This document shows, one piece after another, positions 32,496 to 33,145 of a stretch of DNA of 33,145 nt. Within the stretch, counting starts at the first letter, position 1; each line of letters begins with the position of its first letter. A program made the position numbers and the translations under genes. This DNA is from Octopus bimaculoides (Eukaryota): contig NC_068991.1 of the NCBI RefSeq assembly GCF_001194135.2, forward strand, positions 12,865,352 to 12,898,496, given 5' to 3'. The notes under the pieces are model-generated. The model did not search any database, was not told the origin of the DNA, and saw only the letters and a list, made by a program, of their open reading frames with translations.

Positions 32496-33145
32496 ACACC
32501 ATAATTCAGCACTTAAAGTAAAGCATTAAAATGATTGGATAAAAATAACACAACAAACAACCCAAAATTCTATTATGTGTTATTGCTGAAATATTGAAAT
32601 TTTAAAAAAACTAAAATATAGACAGAACCGATGCTAGAATATATGATTGAATTTTGTTACGTAAAGTGTTAGAAAATATTTGAATTTAATACATATTGTT
32701 TTGGTGGGAACCATTAATTTATTTGAGATGTACAAAAATTGGTAAAAGTGATAAATTGGTGCCAAAATTATATGACTGAAATTTGTTACTATAAAATAAA
32801 AGAAAGAAAATATGTAAAAATATCTTGTGTTTTTTATGTTTTTTGTTTTTGTAGGAATTAAAGAGAAAGATCGATATTAAAAATATGCTTGGATTTTGTT
32901 AAGAAAAGAGTGCTTAGAAAAATATTTCATATTTTTAATACTATTTTTGGAGGGAAAGCACGGAACGTATTTTTTTTATTGATTGATTTATTTATTTTTT
33001 GGTGGGGGGGTTAATTAATTTATTAATTATTAGCGAGGAAGGTCGTAAGTCCGCAGTGAATATTGTAAGACCTTCTTCAACAGCGCATTAGAACATGGCC
33101 AGCATGTGTTGAGTTTTACGTTGCCGGCTTGCCGAGCGAGAATAT

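Overview
AT-rich, repeat-saturated eukaryotic non-coding DNA from a gapped draft assembly (nine N-gaps, about 2.8 kb in total). The SINE families and microsatellite load resemble octopus (cephalopod) genomic DNA; this is an inference from recognised sequence, not a database hit. I recognise no intact host protein-coding gene, RNA gene or CRISPR array. Most long ORFs in the track are translations of microsatellites or N-gaps. The window is a layered record of transposons: (i) at least four tRNA-headed SINE families that appear to exchange head, core and tail modules; (ii) fragments of five non-LTR retrotransposon lineages: two RTE-type, one CR1-type, one L2/CR1-type and one carrying a restriction-like endonuclease (R4/Dong-like); (iii) a decayed hAT transposase; (iv) two copies of a small CAGT...ACTG MITE; (v) long di-, tri- and tetranucleotide arrays with higher-order structure. 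The best observation is a young 243-bp palindromic DNA transposon at 23504-23746. It has a perfect 9-bp target-site duplication and GGTAC termini (Merlin- or Mutator-like), and its arms carry outward-facing telomeric (TAACCC)n/(TTAGGG)n tracts. Also notable: an RTE LINE whose 3' UTR is an array of identical-stem hairpins with a 115-bp period, and a SINE/LINE pair sharing a 3' stem-loop. I found no convincing wholly new biological system.
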